Source of the DNA: Lingula anatina
Lineage: Eukaryota; Animalia; Brachiopoda
Direction: 5' to 3'
Length of the DNA: 64,000 nt
Assembly: GCA_051362555.1 (NCBI GenBank)
Contig: CM120643.1
Location: 28,586,848-28,650,847 of the forward strand
The notes beneath the pieces were generated by a model that did no database searches, was not told the origin of the DNA, and was given only the letters and a program-made list of their open reading frames with translations. Positions 24,187 through 37,447 of the stretch are shown one piece after another; the stretch's first letter is position 1; the number at the start of each line of letters is the position of its first letter. Position numbers and translations under genes: made by a program.

Positions 24187-25245
24187 ATGGCCGGTTATCT
24201 TGGTATTCTACTGATTGCAGTCATTTTGACGGGCAGTGTTCTGAGGGAAACCCAAGCGGTTTGCTGCCATCCCATTTTAAACGGAGGAGGGTACTGCAAG
24301 GATTGTACAAAAGTAAGATATGCCGTTTTGATTTAGTTTATAATAAAGCAAAATGCAAAGTGGATAGATTTACACAAGAAGAGAATGATTTTAATATGAT
24401 TTGCTTTCTCCATACTGACATGGCGAGATAAGAAATACAGAATAGCACTCCTGTGTCTCTTCTACGGTGGATCAATATTTTTATCTGGTTTGATACCAGC
24501 TCGGTTTCAAAGCCTCCGTGACTTCTTAGGGACCATTCAGATTGACAAGAGCCGAGTTCTAGTAAGGCCGCGATCTAAATATGGCGGACATACATGACAG
24601 GAAGACCGCTTAATCCTGTAATGGTCTCTGGGGAGGCGTCTGAGAGTCGGAGAGACCATCTGAATGGTCCCTTAAAAAGTGATATATCTCAAAAAGAACA
24701 CGTATATCATGATAAAGGAAGTAGTCGGAGAATGCCGTAAAATCTGTTCTGGGTTTACAAGGTACCACCACCTAAAGAGGTCGCCAGCTTTCCACACCTT
24801 TTACAAAATAATGTTTGAGGAAAAAGGTGTATCAGATGGATACATTTTCTGACAAAAGCAAATCATCGTATTTTCCCTAGGATAACATTAGGTTTGCCTT
24901 GATACCTCTCATTCAACACCAAAATACAGGACATACGCGTAATACGCGTACGCAACGACGTAATGGAGTGTTTCATTATCTCCTATAAAATGACTTGGCG
25001 GTGATACAGGCCTGTTCATGACTGATGTGGCCTTTAATTGAGATGCGCAAAAGATTATTTTATTTCAATTGCCAGGATCTTTTCTGCGCTAATCTGCCAT
25101 CTACCTTTTATTTTGCCCTTTCATCTAACATATTTCTTTGTTTATCTTGTTGTTTTCATGGTGTACTAAAAAACTGATAACGTTTGTCTCCAATTACTAT
25201 TAAATCAGATTGGGAAATATCCCATGCCTTCAAAGTCACTTAACC

Positions 25246-25323
<78 letters not shown>

Positions 25324-26011
25324 GAAATTGAGGGTGATTGAATATGTATACCTTACATTTCAGAAAGCTCCATATTGTTCAGACGGGGAATGTAATTCAT
25401 TCGGCTGTAATTGCAAGGGTGGCTGTCGAAAAGACTGCGGCTATCGAATCCAACATTACACGTATTTGACCGTTTGTTTCCAATACTGATTTAAATGAGC
25501 ATTTCTTCATTACTCTTGCCCTAAATGTTCAATATTGTTTAAATATAAAATCAAAAAGTTTTTGACAGTATCCAAAAAATCAAATTATATACATTTTGTA
25601 GAATTCCTACCACTGTCATGCCCAAATATATTTGATGTTCGCTAACGATGTCAAGGTTTAAAATCGACAGACATTCACTTTTTTACTTCTCATGCAGGCA
25701 GACTTCTCTTAAACTGTTTAAAAGAAAGTATTGTAGATTAAGCGTCCCCGGAGGGTTTGTGGGCACCTAGTAAACGTGTTATAGGGATAAATCCTAAATA
25801 GATGTTAATTGACATTCGGGTGCCCCTCTTTGTACAGCATTAGTATCGTGCAGTTTCGCATCCTAACCTTATCTGTTTTTCATTAATAATATCCAAATAA
25901 GAGATGTTATGTTAAAATTTCAGCAAGATGTTTAATGATGGTTTTATTGGATGGGTTACTCAATGCTATTGCACTAATGGAAGATCCGTGGAAGATGTTC
26001 ACAGAACTTAA
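24187..26011 (+). CDS. Diedel-like secreted cysteine-rich protein, ~103 aa (coding exons 24187-24312, 25364-25461, 25924-26011)
   Basis: MAGYLGILLIAVILTGSVLRETQA-VCCHPILNGGGYCKDCTK|KAPYCSDGECNSFGCNCKGGCRKDCGYRIQHYT|KMFNDGFIGWVTQCYCTNGRSVEDVHRT*. Signal peptide plus the Diedel signature YCxxGxCNxFGCNCxGGC. The donor after 25461 (GTATTT) is weak but gives 12 Cys. Probable 3'-UTR intron 26028-26390 and AATAAA at ~26466. Confidence 0.8.
24529..24671. mobile_element. PIF/Harbinger-type MITE in an intron
   Basis: TIR GGGACCATTCAGAT / ATCTGAATGGTCCC with TTA on both sides (24526-24528, 24672-24674). Confidence 0.75.
25251..25321. repeat. (TA)n microsatellite
   Basis: Perfect TA run of about 70 bp. 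Confidence 0.95.
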
Positions 26012-26636
26012 GATGTTGATGCAGCGGGTAAGGAATAAAAGAAGCAGTGTGTTTTTATTTCATTGAATTGCTGTATATGGGGATGAACTGGGTGACTAAA
26101 ACACGTTACTTATTTCAAAGTTCAAAATTATCGACAGTTTTGAAGACATTCTAGAAAAATTATGTTTTTGATAAATGCTTGGAATTTCATGAGTGTATCT
26201 GTCTTAATTTTGGCATTTTTGACACCTAGCTGTCAATCAAATTTTTTCTTTGATGAAAATATCAGAACACTTGGAATGTCCAGGGTTAACAAATAGTAAA
26301 GCATCAAAAACCTACGCAAAATTTGAATTCAAAATCTTTTGAGCTGTAAGGGTTAATAAACTTAGAAAGAAGTTTTTTTTTCTTTTTTAGCCACCCAGTA
26401 TTCTGGAATACATATCTCTGGATACCATTACCAAATAGAGAGAATGACATCACAATAATTATACCAATAAAATCATCTAAACTTGGCTTCTTCCATTTAT
26501 ATTTATATCTACATCTTGAATGTATGTATCTTTATTCTCAAAGTTCTGAGTGTACATTTTTCATTTTTTGTTTGTTTTTGTTTTTAGATATGGTAATAAA
26601 CCACAGGGTTAATTGCTATTGGGATGCGAAGAATGG

Positions 26637-26671
<35 letters not shown>

Positions 26672-28639
26672 GAATGCATTCAGATGTGTCTGATTTAATA
26701 TTGATGTTGAAATGAGAAAAACCCTCATTCTTTAATTAAACGGGATTGCAAAACATGTGTGTTGATGTCTCTATTCAAATAATAATAATAATATTTTCAC
26801 ATTCACGTTACTGTATGCACACAAAGAAATAATAAATTAAAACGCTTGAGGGGAAGACCCCCTCGCCCCCCTCCCCACACTGGGAAAAACACGGCCATAA
26901 AACCTGAAATCATGCCGTATGGTAAATATAACTGCAATAATGTACCACCGCCCCGTTTCAAATTAAATTTAAAGGGTGACATTTTAAAAAGGCAGAGTTT
27001 TGTGTAGTTTCAAATGAAACATTTTAAAAACAATTGTGAATTCTACTCATTTTCTTCTCGCCCTCGTTTACTCCAACATTTGAGCTCACAAGCTTGTTAC
27101 AGCAATAACTTCTTTAGAACAAACTCTGAAGAGAGACAGGCCTATCCAACTATTAGACTAGGCACCGAATGATCCCGAATTCACCGGCAGATCAGACCAC
27201 TACACTACCCGTTTTCAAGGCGTGCGTCAGTACGCATTTCACAGTATCATACCCCGGAACAAATTTTGAGAATAGATGCACTTCTTTCCAACCCCGCTGA
27301 GAATCATCACTATCACATCGCGATCATTTGTTGCATTCAGCTCAACAGTATATCAGACATACACCACGTGTTCTGATATCTCATTCAAAAATATTAAAAT
27401 GGTCCAATTGAATAGTTTAATAAATAATATTCAAGTTAAAGCCATTTGAGGGATGAAAAATACATGTAACTGAATATTTATACTATTACAGAGTTCTGAA
27501 CTCATAAATAAGACGTTAATAAGACTTACTGGTGCAATGGATTCCGTCCACTACGTAACCATCTTTGCAAACACAATCTTCGTTGCAAGCATAATTGAAA
27601 GGAAACAATACCTGCGTCAGCTTATGAATGCACACGGCGTTCTCCCCACACTTTCCTGCAAACAAGTTAAAGAGAGAGAGAAGATAGAAGTTGGCGAATT
27701 ACCTCGGATTTTAATTTTCTCGTGTTTACAACACAAATACAGACACCAAGAGTAGCAGTAAATGATTTATTCTGCCATTGCCAAATTAGGAGAACCACTG
27801 TCTTAAATCCAATTACTGATAAAAATACAGTGGTAAAATTTATGGTTTTCATTATGATCGCTCACGCGCCATTTGATTGGGATCTATAGCCACCACAATA
27901 GGCGCAAACATTCGCTGATGTTAAAGAAATGTAGGTCCGCCTGGAATCGAGGTCCTACCCGTGTACGCACCACCGTTTTTTAAACCCCCTTTACACCGGA
28001 TGGCGTATTGCGAATAGCTATATCACATAGAGGCTACAGTGTATTATATGGGGCGAGTATTGGCGAGTTATGGAATCGAGATGCTTGAGGTCGGTCCCAG
28101 TGTGCGATGCTTTCGAGTTATGGTCCCCAGGTCGACGTTGGATGCTCACAGGAAGCCCGACGTTGCTGTGATAGGAAAGGAGACCATTATGCGACATCGC
28201 TTTCAAGTGGGGTCTGCCATATTTGTTCCACGGACCAGTTAGACTGAGGATCATCTGTTTTGAATGCAATGTTATTGATTGAACTAGGGTGCTAACACTG
28301 GTATGAGAAAAGTACAGGGTTTTTAACGTATTTTAGATAATTATGAAAATAATATTCATGGTTTAAATAATGGGGATTTCGAATAGCGAGGCAGTGAGGT
28401 GTGTTAAAGTCGTAGGCCACTCATCAGTATTTGCATAGCAAATGCGTTCTAAAATTAGTGAATTAACATCCCTTCATCACTTCGTATATTTTAACCATAT
28501 TATATCACTGTAAGTAATATTATACCTATCTGTAGCATTAGCATTAGACTTACAGCATTTTTTCAGTAACATACAATATAAGCAACATTTACATAAAGAC
28601 GCGGGCACACTGCTAATGGATGAATGTTATTAAATGAAA

Positions 28640-29455
28640 CATAGCTGCTATTGCAGATTATCATATCATAGTATGCGCTTGTCATCATATTTTTATCATA
28701 TGTTGCTTCTTCATCACTTAAACTCTTGTACACGTTGTACTTTTTTAAGTTTTTATCTGCACAACCTTAAAACAAAGCGGCTGTCAGATATGCAGTTTAA
28801 ACATACAGTGTTGTACCTTACCTGTTCTACACTAAAGAGAACATAGGCATGCTGAACCAATAAATGTACTAGCTTCATCAATGCATTCCCCACCATTAAG
28901 ACAAGGGTCAGTTATGCACGCGGCTGAAACAACAGACCAAATATCAATTACATTTGATCCATGTGGTTTAAGTGTACATAGTAGACATTATATGCACTTT
29001 GAATATGCTAAATTCATATTTAACCCTAGATACATGTTTTTACATTGTCGCAGCCTGTATGCATGCACCGAGTCTGTGCACCTCTTTGAAATCATATCGC
29101 AACTAATTAAATCCCAGGCACGTACGTCATGTTCACCGTAGGCTGGGGGAATTTATAATTCCATTATCCATTTATATTTCAGTTGACTATTTATTCATTT
29201 TATATTATTACTTCTTTTGTGTGTGGGGGGGGGGGGGTAATAATCTCGACGATGACCCAGGTGATAATGGAGAAATACCTGGCCTTTTTTGCTTCCATTC
29301 CCGCACCCCAATGTGAAAACAGGAAACGAATAACAACTATGATCTAAATAGTCAATTGCTTTTTACTTACCGAAAGCATAAGTTGAATAAGGACAAAAGA
29401 CGTCACTTGCCATGAATCCAAAAACAAGGGTGGAGAAGAACAGAAATACTTCCAT
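28640..29455 (-). pseudogene. Decayed paralogue of the EGF peptide gene (signal exon 29455-29371, EGF exon 28923-28822, further exon from 28765)
   Basis: Signal exon MEVFLFFSTLVFGFMASDVFCPYSTYAF resembles MILLIFCSLVVGLMA. EGF exon reads ACITDPCLNGGECIDEASTFIGSACLCSL*CRT, with an in-frame TAG (28832-28834) and a shortened last loop. Phase-1 GT-AG borders are intact. Confidence 0.7.
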
Positions 29456-29709
29456 GCTAAAAACAAAAGTTCAGCCGTGAAAATTATTTATTACGAATTG
29501 TCTGTGTGATGGTATGCTCGTCCACTTTGTTGCTTCTCGTCTCAGACAATATTCACGATATCAGAGTCACGTATCCATACCTTCTGTCTGACATATACCG
29601 GAAGAAAATAATATTTCTGCCCTCAATGTGCAGATACCGATGTGCAGTTAGATCTTTACCATAAATAAAGGGAGACGCGCACTGATTAAATCATTTTCCT
29701 TTAGAGTAG

Positions 29710-29860
29710 ATAAAAACTTACCTCGTTTTTACAAACTGAAATTAACTCGGATAATGAGACTTCTGAGAGTAAGTCTGTCTTACTTTACGCAATGCCAGTA
29801 CGTGTCAAGCCACCTCCTATACGTGATATACGTGTCACACGACAAACAAACCAATAACGG
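29710..29860 (-). promoter_or_regulatory. Promoter/first non-coding exon homologous to 496-625
   Basis: Minus strand reads ..CTCATTATCCGAGTTAATTTCAGTTTGTAAAAACGAG|GTAAGTTTTTATC versus ..CTCATTATCCGAGCTGACTTCCTCTAGTGAAAACGAG|GTAAGTTTTATC at 577-625; ATTGG upstream in both. Confidence 0.65.
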
Positions 29861-31292
29861 TCGTGAAGAAGCTTTTGGTCTTAACTAAAACAGAGGAAAC
29901 GAGTTTCTTCCATCCTCGGTCTAAATATCATTCTCTGAGTTCCCCTGTGTGTATGTAAGATGCCGAGTGTCGCTAGTAGTGTTGAATATATATCCGAAGT
30001 CAACATTACAGAATACGCCTTCTAAGCTCTCGTAATTTCAGAACATCATCAATTTATGCACTGAATATACCGCATGAAACGATAATGGATACCACTATAA
30101 CGCTTATGAAAATATAAAATTGGTAATACAAATGGAAAATGTGCTTGTTTACTTCTCTTGTACTGGCCCAGGATTATTCTGGATTAGATACTTAGTAATC
30201 TGAAATTAAATCATTATGTTATCAAAACTGTGTAGCGTGTTCTAACTATTTCAGATACGTCAAATGGCGTAGGTGCGTGAACTATGTCAAAGTGACCAAG
30301 GAAAATATAAGTTTACTGTAAGATATGACACACTTATTGCCCAGTGAGAGAGCATTGGAACATGAAGAGAAGCCACGGAAGTACGGCCGCTAAACGTTGA
30401 CGTTTCCATGTTGTTCCAAAGACGCGTCGTTTTAAAATTACACACAAGGGAATTTTTCATAACATTCTGTGGTAAAAGTCCAATCAGAGGACTGGAGTTC
30501 ACTTTGACCTCAGGTCAACTAACAGTTTCTGGTAAAAGCGCACGATCACATGACAAATAGTAACACAATAGTAATATTCAGAATAGTACATGTAACTGGC
30601 CAATCAGAGGCCTACAATTTTACATTACCTCTGTTCTGAAATGACTTCAGGGTGTACATATGTAGATCTAGATATCATTGGCAGGTTTTGGGGGTGTCAT
30701 GCTGTTCTGACCACTCCTCTTCGGTTCCCAAAATAAAAGTAGAATTTTGACTAGCTGAATCAAAGTTCTAAACCCAAACGAATGGCACCGTGCGCCCTCC
30801 AAAACACCGGTTTTTCCGGGCCCCGAACCCCACGCCCAGGGAAGCGAGGGTCGGCTTCACGTCCGAGGCATGTGATTCCTAAAAAAACGGCTCCTTTTTT
30901 CAAATAATCCTGTAATCCCCCCTGTATTTGGAAGGTCTTGTTATTCCGAAACTCAAAGTTGTCTTTCTGCGTACATATACATATTGCTTAACAGCTATAA
31001 TAAAACAAATAGTGCACAGCCCTTCGTATCGGGATCCCAACCTTCTTCACTGAACACTGCCGTGTAAATTCAATTCAGGACGGTGCACTGTTTGTAGTTA
31101 TTATAAAGTTAATAATTTTAATTTTAATTAATTTTAAGTAATTTTAATTTTAAGTTTATAATAACTACAAACAGTGCACCGTGACAGTGACAGTTTTTAT
31201 AAACTTAATAATTTTAGTCAAAAACAGTTCATTTGACTTTTGTTCAGTCCACTAGCCGGGGTTTTAAACTGAAAGTTATTTCAGAATCTTAG

Positions 31293-31514
31293 ACCCCATT
31301 CCCAGAGATTTTAGATCGATCTATTCCTGGGGAGTCTCACTAGATTACTGACAGCTTAGCCAGCTTAAGCGTCTGTCCCTCCTACTAAAAGTTGTAAGGG
31401 GGTAATTAACTATGGTGCGCGCTTGGCTGACTGCAATTTAGCGTGAACCCCCAGGGAGTTAGGTCGATCTAAATTTTAATCTCTGAATCGATCTAAATCT
31501 CTGGGAATGCACCC
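31293..31514. mobile_element. MITE (copy 1; inverted copy at 61674-61874)
   Basis: Imperfect TIRs CATTCCCAGAGATTT..AGATCGA; the internal sequence matches the reverse complement of 61674-61874. Confidence 0.75.
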
Positions 31515-31627
31515 TTATATGAGATTTTAATCCGTAACATTTCAACCGAATGCTTCATAAAGTATCGGCATTATTATTATCATCATTATTTTCATAATTA
31601 TTTTGTTGTTTTTACGCTTTTTTTATT

Positions 31628-34600
31628 CAGACAGTGTTTGTAACCACCATCCTATTTCAATACTTAAGTGCATCTTCTCAACTTCTATACGCAGGCTAGG
31701 GACATGTATTCTACCATAACCTCAAAGTGAGTTACTTTCATTATGGGATGGAACCAAACCATCCTTATTGCCAAACCAGCCTTATTGTCCAAAATGATTT
31801 CAAATCAGATCGACTAAATTACTATACCCCAGTGCTCGTTGGGGATTCTTATTACTTCCCAAAATAAAAGTTAAGCCTTAAGTTTATTATCACATGCGTG
31901 ATAAGAGGAAAAGTATTGCGATTCAACAACGCCTCGGACGTCATAATTCATTATCGACACAAGTGATCTCCTTAATTAATATCAAGGTGCTAAGTAGGAT
32001 GTCAAGTAGAGGGTCCTAGACTCTCAGTCTGGGAAACAACGTCTCTGCTTGATTCCGTGACAGAAACAGCAAACAAGTTTTCGATAAAGAATAAGAATAC
32101 AAAGAAGATGAAATAAAGACAATTAAAATACAAATGGAAACTGTAAGCCGTACAGGATACGTTTTTAAATGTGCATGTACACTGTAAAAAACAGTGTCTG
32201 GCATTTAAATACATAAAACATACGTTAAGCACCTATGCGCATTTAGAAATATGTGTAAAAGCTAAACATGTATAGCTTTTCAAGTGTTTCACAGAAGAAA
32301 ATGCTAGACACGTTGGCAGTGTTACACGTTTAGCTATGTGTTGAGCTTCACCGGTATATGAATCTATAATAAGTCTATCACAAGCTAAGCACATTGGCTA
32401 AGCTCGTGAGACTGCTAAACATATGGAGCTGCTTTCAGTGTGGAATTCCTAAACGCGTGGAGCTGCTGAACAATACCCTCTACCAGGGCTGCAGTTATTG
32501 TGGACATTTTTTGCTGAGGCGACATCAGACCAAAATGGCTTTCTATTTATCTAGAGACACAATTGTGAATATCTGTGAAAATCAATCTGTGTCCCTGGTA
32601 GAGGGTAGCTGAACAACACGTTTAGCTTTTCAAGCTTCTTTCAGAAGAAATAAAAAATGTTTAACATGCTTAGAAGTGTTGCACTTTTAGCTAAGTGATT
32701 AGTTTCACCAGTCCCATAAGTTTATTAAAAGGCTCAACAAATTGGCTTAACACTTCCTCTTTATTAAAAGGCTCAACAATTTGGCTTAACACTTCCTCTT
32801 GTAAACGTGTGGAGCTGTTGAAGGGGTAGAGCGGCCTGCTCGAATGCTTGGTGTCCTTCCTTGCAGTAACGTGTGCTTATATGAAATAGGCCTTTTAAAG
32901 ATGCATACAAAGTCATTTTTGCCACAAAAACCAACCAAATGCCACCATATAGTTTCAAACAGTACAATTAAGAAAAATGCCAGAAGGCATTGTTTAATAT
33001 TACCCGAAAAATGATTTTTGAATGGATTTTTCTGCTAGCTTACTATCCTGTATATACATGGGGCAGAAAAGCAGGTCACATTAGTAGGTTAAATTTCTAA
33101 CCAAAAATTTAAAGAGCAGTCTAAAGCTCTTTTATTGCTGATCGAGTGATTTATTCAGTTTGTCCCTTGGCCCTTGGTCGTATTTATTTGAGCCGTATAA
33201 GAATCTAGTAGAATTGGTTTATATGTGTTACTGGCAACCCACTCTAGACCGATGCTTTAAGTAATAATCCAAATAACAAATAACGTTTTTTACGACGTTA
33301 TCAGATGGTTACATGCTGGTAATGGTATAGAAGAACATTATGGTAACGTTATGGGTGTTTTTAACTCCATGCAAAATGATGTATAATAACGTTATAATTT
33401 GTAGAAAGATCCGAAGACCGTTTCTACAAAATTTTATAATATCGTTATTTTGTGGAGTTTTATCAGCGTTTTTATAACATTCTGGAAAAACATTATATAA
33501 TTTTTTGAAAACCTTTTTATAAATAACCGAAACACGTCTTATGCTGTTTGAACTACAGTTATCGGTTAATTCCAAAATGGGCTTGAGGTTAGTCGGCGAC
33601 TAGATTGTAGAATATTCGGACTATCGGTACCGAAATAACCAGCATGTGATGAAAGCTTAAATAAATTATTATAATGAATATCCCACCATCATCCTGATGT
33701 TCTATTGTTCATTACTTCCGGAAAAAATAAATAGACATCAATACCGTAACACATTTTATCAAAATATGAAAAAAAGGTGTTTTAAAATAAAAGTAATTGT
33801 TGCTTCGTGTCTTTAGTGAACTAGTGAATTTTCCTAAATACATTTTCAGAAATACATTCCAATTAACTTCCTCGAAAGGTCAGCTAGCACAAGGATGAAT
33901 AAGTCTAGCTGTAAATGTGAAGGAATGAAGTCAACGAGGTTGACAGTTCACAGTACCCTGTTATAGATAGAGATAGCTATAGCAGTTAAAGGTGACCGTG
34001 ACTCTCTCTGTGTGTGTGTGTGTGTGTGTGTGTGGCTAAAACAGTTGAAACCCTTAGCACCTAAAAATTAAACAAATACACCCTACGTATATTAGGCGTC
34101 AAACGCGTCACACTGCTAAACACATTCGGTCTGAAAGTGTATCATGTTATGGAGCTAAACGTGCTTAGGAGTTAAACGTGTCGAAAAAATGAGACAAAAC
34201 AGGCGCTTAGAAATGTGTTTAGGAGCTAAACACTGTTTTTACAGTGCAGGTAGCAGATTGAGGACTTAATCGAGTTTCAATCACCACTGTATGTGACGTA
34301 CCTGTGTATGTCAAATACAGCACATTTGTCTTTGGTTCTACTCACTTGCCAAGGTTTGAAATTAGTAACTTTCCAGTATTTCAGAATCGTGTTTCGGCTT
34401 AAAATTCGAAGCATTTTAATCGAATGTCGCAAACAGTAGCGTCATTATTATTATTTTAATTACAAAATGATTTTACAGACAGTGTTTGTAACCACCATCC
34501 TATTCCAATATATACTGAAGTGCATTCCCTTAACTTCTGTATGTGGTCTACGTACCCAACCATAACCTCTGCCAGTTGTTTTCTTTATCAAATGGAACCA

Positions 34601-35270
34601 AACCTCAAGCTTTATTGTCCAAAATTGATTTCAAATAAGATCGACTTAATGACTTTACTCCAGCACTTGTTGAGGGTTCATATTACTTTCCCAAATAAAA
34701 CTTAATCTAAAGTTAATTATCACGTGCATTATAAGAGGAAAAGTATTGCAATTCAACAACACATACAGCATCGCCATTATTATTTATTATTTATTATCAT
34801 TTATGATAATTGTTATTACATTTCTTATTCAGACAGTGTTCGTAACCATCATCCTAACCCAATATTGAAGTGCATTTCCTCAACTTCTATATGTAGACAA
34901 GGTATCCAACCATTACTTGTTAGTGAGTTGTTTTCACTAAAAAAATGAGTAAAATCTCAAGCTTAATTATCCAAAAATAATTTCAAATAAAATCGACTAA
35001 ATTAGGTCTACTATACCCCACTCGTTGGGGATTCTTATTACTTCCAAAAATAAAAGTTAATCTTAAGTTTATTATCGCAAAATGATAAGAGGAAGAGTAT
35101 TGCAATTCAACAACGACAACGTCATTATTCATTATTGACAGAAATCTTCCCAATAATTACACCAAGGTGTTAAGTAGAGGGTGCCAGACCCTCAGCCTGT
35201 GATACAACTTCCATACCTGATTACATGGGTGAAAAAACAGAACACGCTTTCGATGAAGAATAAGATTACC
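31628..35270. repeat. Three diverged copies of a ~300-450-bp block (31628-32070, 34476-34760, 34829-35270)
   Basis: Each copy begins CAGACAGTGTT(T/C)GTAACCA(C/T)CATCCTA and contains ATAAGAGGAA(A/G)AGTATTGC(G/A)ATTCAACAAC. Confidence 0.8.
32180..34246. mobile_element. Non-autonomous CACT-terminal (EnSpm/CMC-like) element
   Basis: TIR CACTGTAAAAAACAGTGT / ACACTGTTTTTACAGTG with AGCTAAACAC-type subterminal motifs at both ends; it interrupts the local repeat block. TSD is not clean (TA/CA). Confidence 0.6.
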
Positions 35271-35839
35271 AAAAAGGGAGAGAGAGAGAGAGAGAGAGAG
35301 ATAGAAAGGCAATTTTAATTTTGATTTAAAAACACAACTGAAAATAGAAAGACTTAATCGAGTTTTCAATAACCAAATGTAACAAAGCTTCATTTGTAAG
35401 AAGTTTATAAAATTAACACTTAAGGTTAAAATATTTAAAGCTATGATGGAACTGAATTCGGTTACAATCTGTCTTGTTTTTACATCTTTTATACATTAAA
35501 TAACTCGTATTGACAGCTATAACACACATTGAGACCCATGCAGTTTCAAGTCAAATGTATTTATCTGTCCAAACTGATGGCAACTACAATAAATCAACAC
35601 ATCTGAGTATATGTTAATATGAAATCTGCAATCTATTTGTCATTTCCGTTTCTTAATGACTTTTATCAACTATTTGGTGAAAATATCCTGTCAACAATAA
35701 CCCTTATGTATTCTCCATAAACACCTTGCCGCTAAGGCACATGATTTGATAGCGTGCTGACCACTATAAAAGTAGACACAAAACGAGCCAGAGGGGATTG
35801 GAAACTGTGCAGTGCACGTGGTTGCTCGCGGTGTTTGCG

Positions 35840-37388
35840 ATGGATTCACCATTGCAATGTAAACTGCGCTTCTTCGTGTCGTTTCTACTTTTCCTCCAAG
35901 GAGTTTTGGGCGCGGACAGGCAAAGTGATCCACAGGAAGGGCTCAACATGGCGGCCAACCAAACCGACCCCGGTGCTCCCATCTTGCTCAGTCCTGTCTT
36001 AATTCACCGTGATTCAACGGAAGATTTCATTCACAATGACGGCAACAGAGATTCGCCTTCACACGACCTGTCAACAAGTACCTCAGCAAGGCCCATTTTC
36101 ACCAAATCCTCTTCAGGCATGGAAAACGCTGATGTGGATGAACCGGCGACGATTGCTCTACGAGAGAAAGTGTCCAATGACGAGACAAATTTATCTTGGA
36201 AAGCAACGACAGCTCCCTTTCCGTTCGTCACGAGAGGAGAGACAAGTAGAGATCGAAGGAAAAGGAACATGCCTGACACAGCTTTTACAGTGGTCCCAAC
36301 AACATCTGGCGAACCAACACCGACTCCATGGAACAGCTCTTCATTTCCTCTTAATTTGCCTAACAAGTTCTGTGCAAATAGAATAGTTATCCAGACATGG
36401 TGCTACTGCGACGAATTTTGCTTTCTGTTTCAAGACTGTTGTTTTGACTGCAAAAACCCTTTGCCATTGGCGGGAGTGCGCTTAAACCCAAGTAACATTG
36501 AATGCCTCTTGCAGTCTACAGCTATTTTTAGAGGACTTCAGGTCCAACACTTCTGGATGGTGACTTCATGCCCAGAGGAATGGCCCTATGACACCGTTCG
36601 ATCTAAATGCGAAGGGCCGCGAAATACCAGTGAAACTGACCGCCTTGTTCCAGTGTCCGATTCTGCAACTAACTTGACATTTCATAACAAATACTGTGCA
36701 ATGTGCCACGGCTTATCAGCTACCCAACCATGGGAATTTTACATAACATGTGCCAGTGTTTTATCATTTGTTGATAAAATTTTTAACTTTACTCATACAG
36801 ACGATATTGTGGAGCAAGCCAGATCAACCGAAGGATGTGCGTTGCTCTTTCATCCTCCGCCCAAGCCTCCCGCTAGGCCGTGCATTCCAACCGAATTTAT
36901 GTCGATTATGACAACATCAAATGGAGACGTCGTGACGCGTCAGTGTCGCAGAGACGCCGACCCAGAGCACAAGCAACATTGTTCGTCAGGACCGATAGCC
37001 ATCACACGATTTCCGATGTGGTCGGTAGACTATTATGGAAGAAATATCTTCTGCTGGCTTTGTAGCCTACCAAAGAGCTACGTGCCGGACATTACACAAT
37101 GTTCCGATCAAGGTGAGTTCTACGTGTAGGTCCATTTTTTCAGCAGAATTAAAGTGAAACATAAAGTAAGATCACCATGATCATTAAACAGAAACAATAG
37201 ATTAACAAGCACTCAGAGAGCGTAGGCATCCACCATGGACTCTCCAATGATACATTTTGTTAATTGAGAGCACATCCACTTCAAAACGTTGGTCAAGATT
37301 TTGGTCGTATGGTGAAAAATCCTTTAAAATTATAGTACGCGTCCGGCGACCTCCTTGCTATTGTCGCGTTATTGGTGCGTAGGCCAGT

Positions 37389-37447
<59 letters not shown>

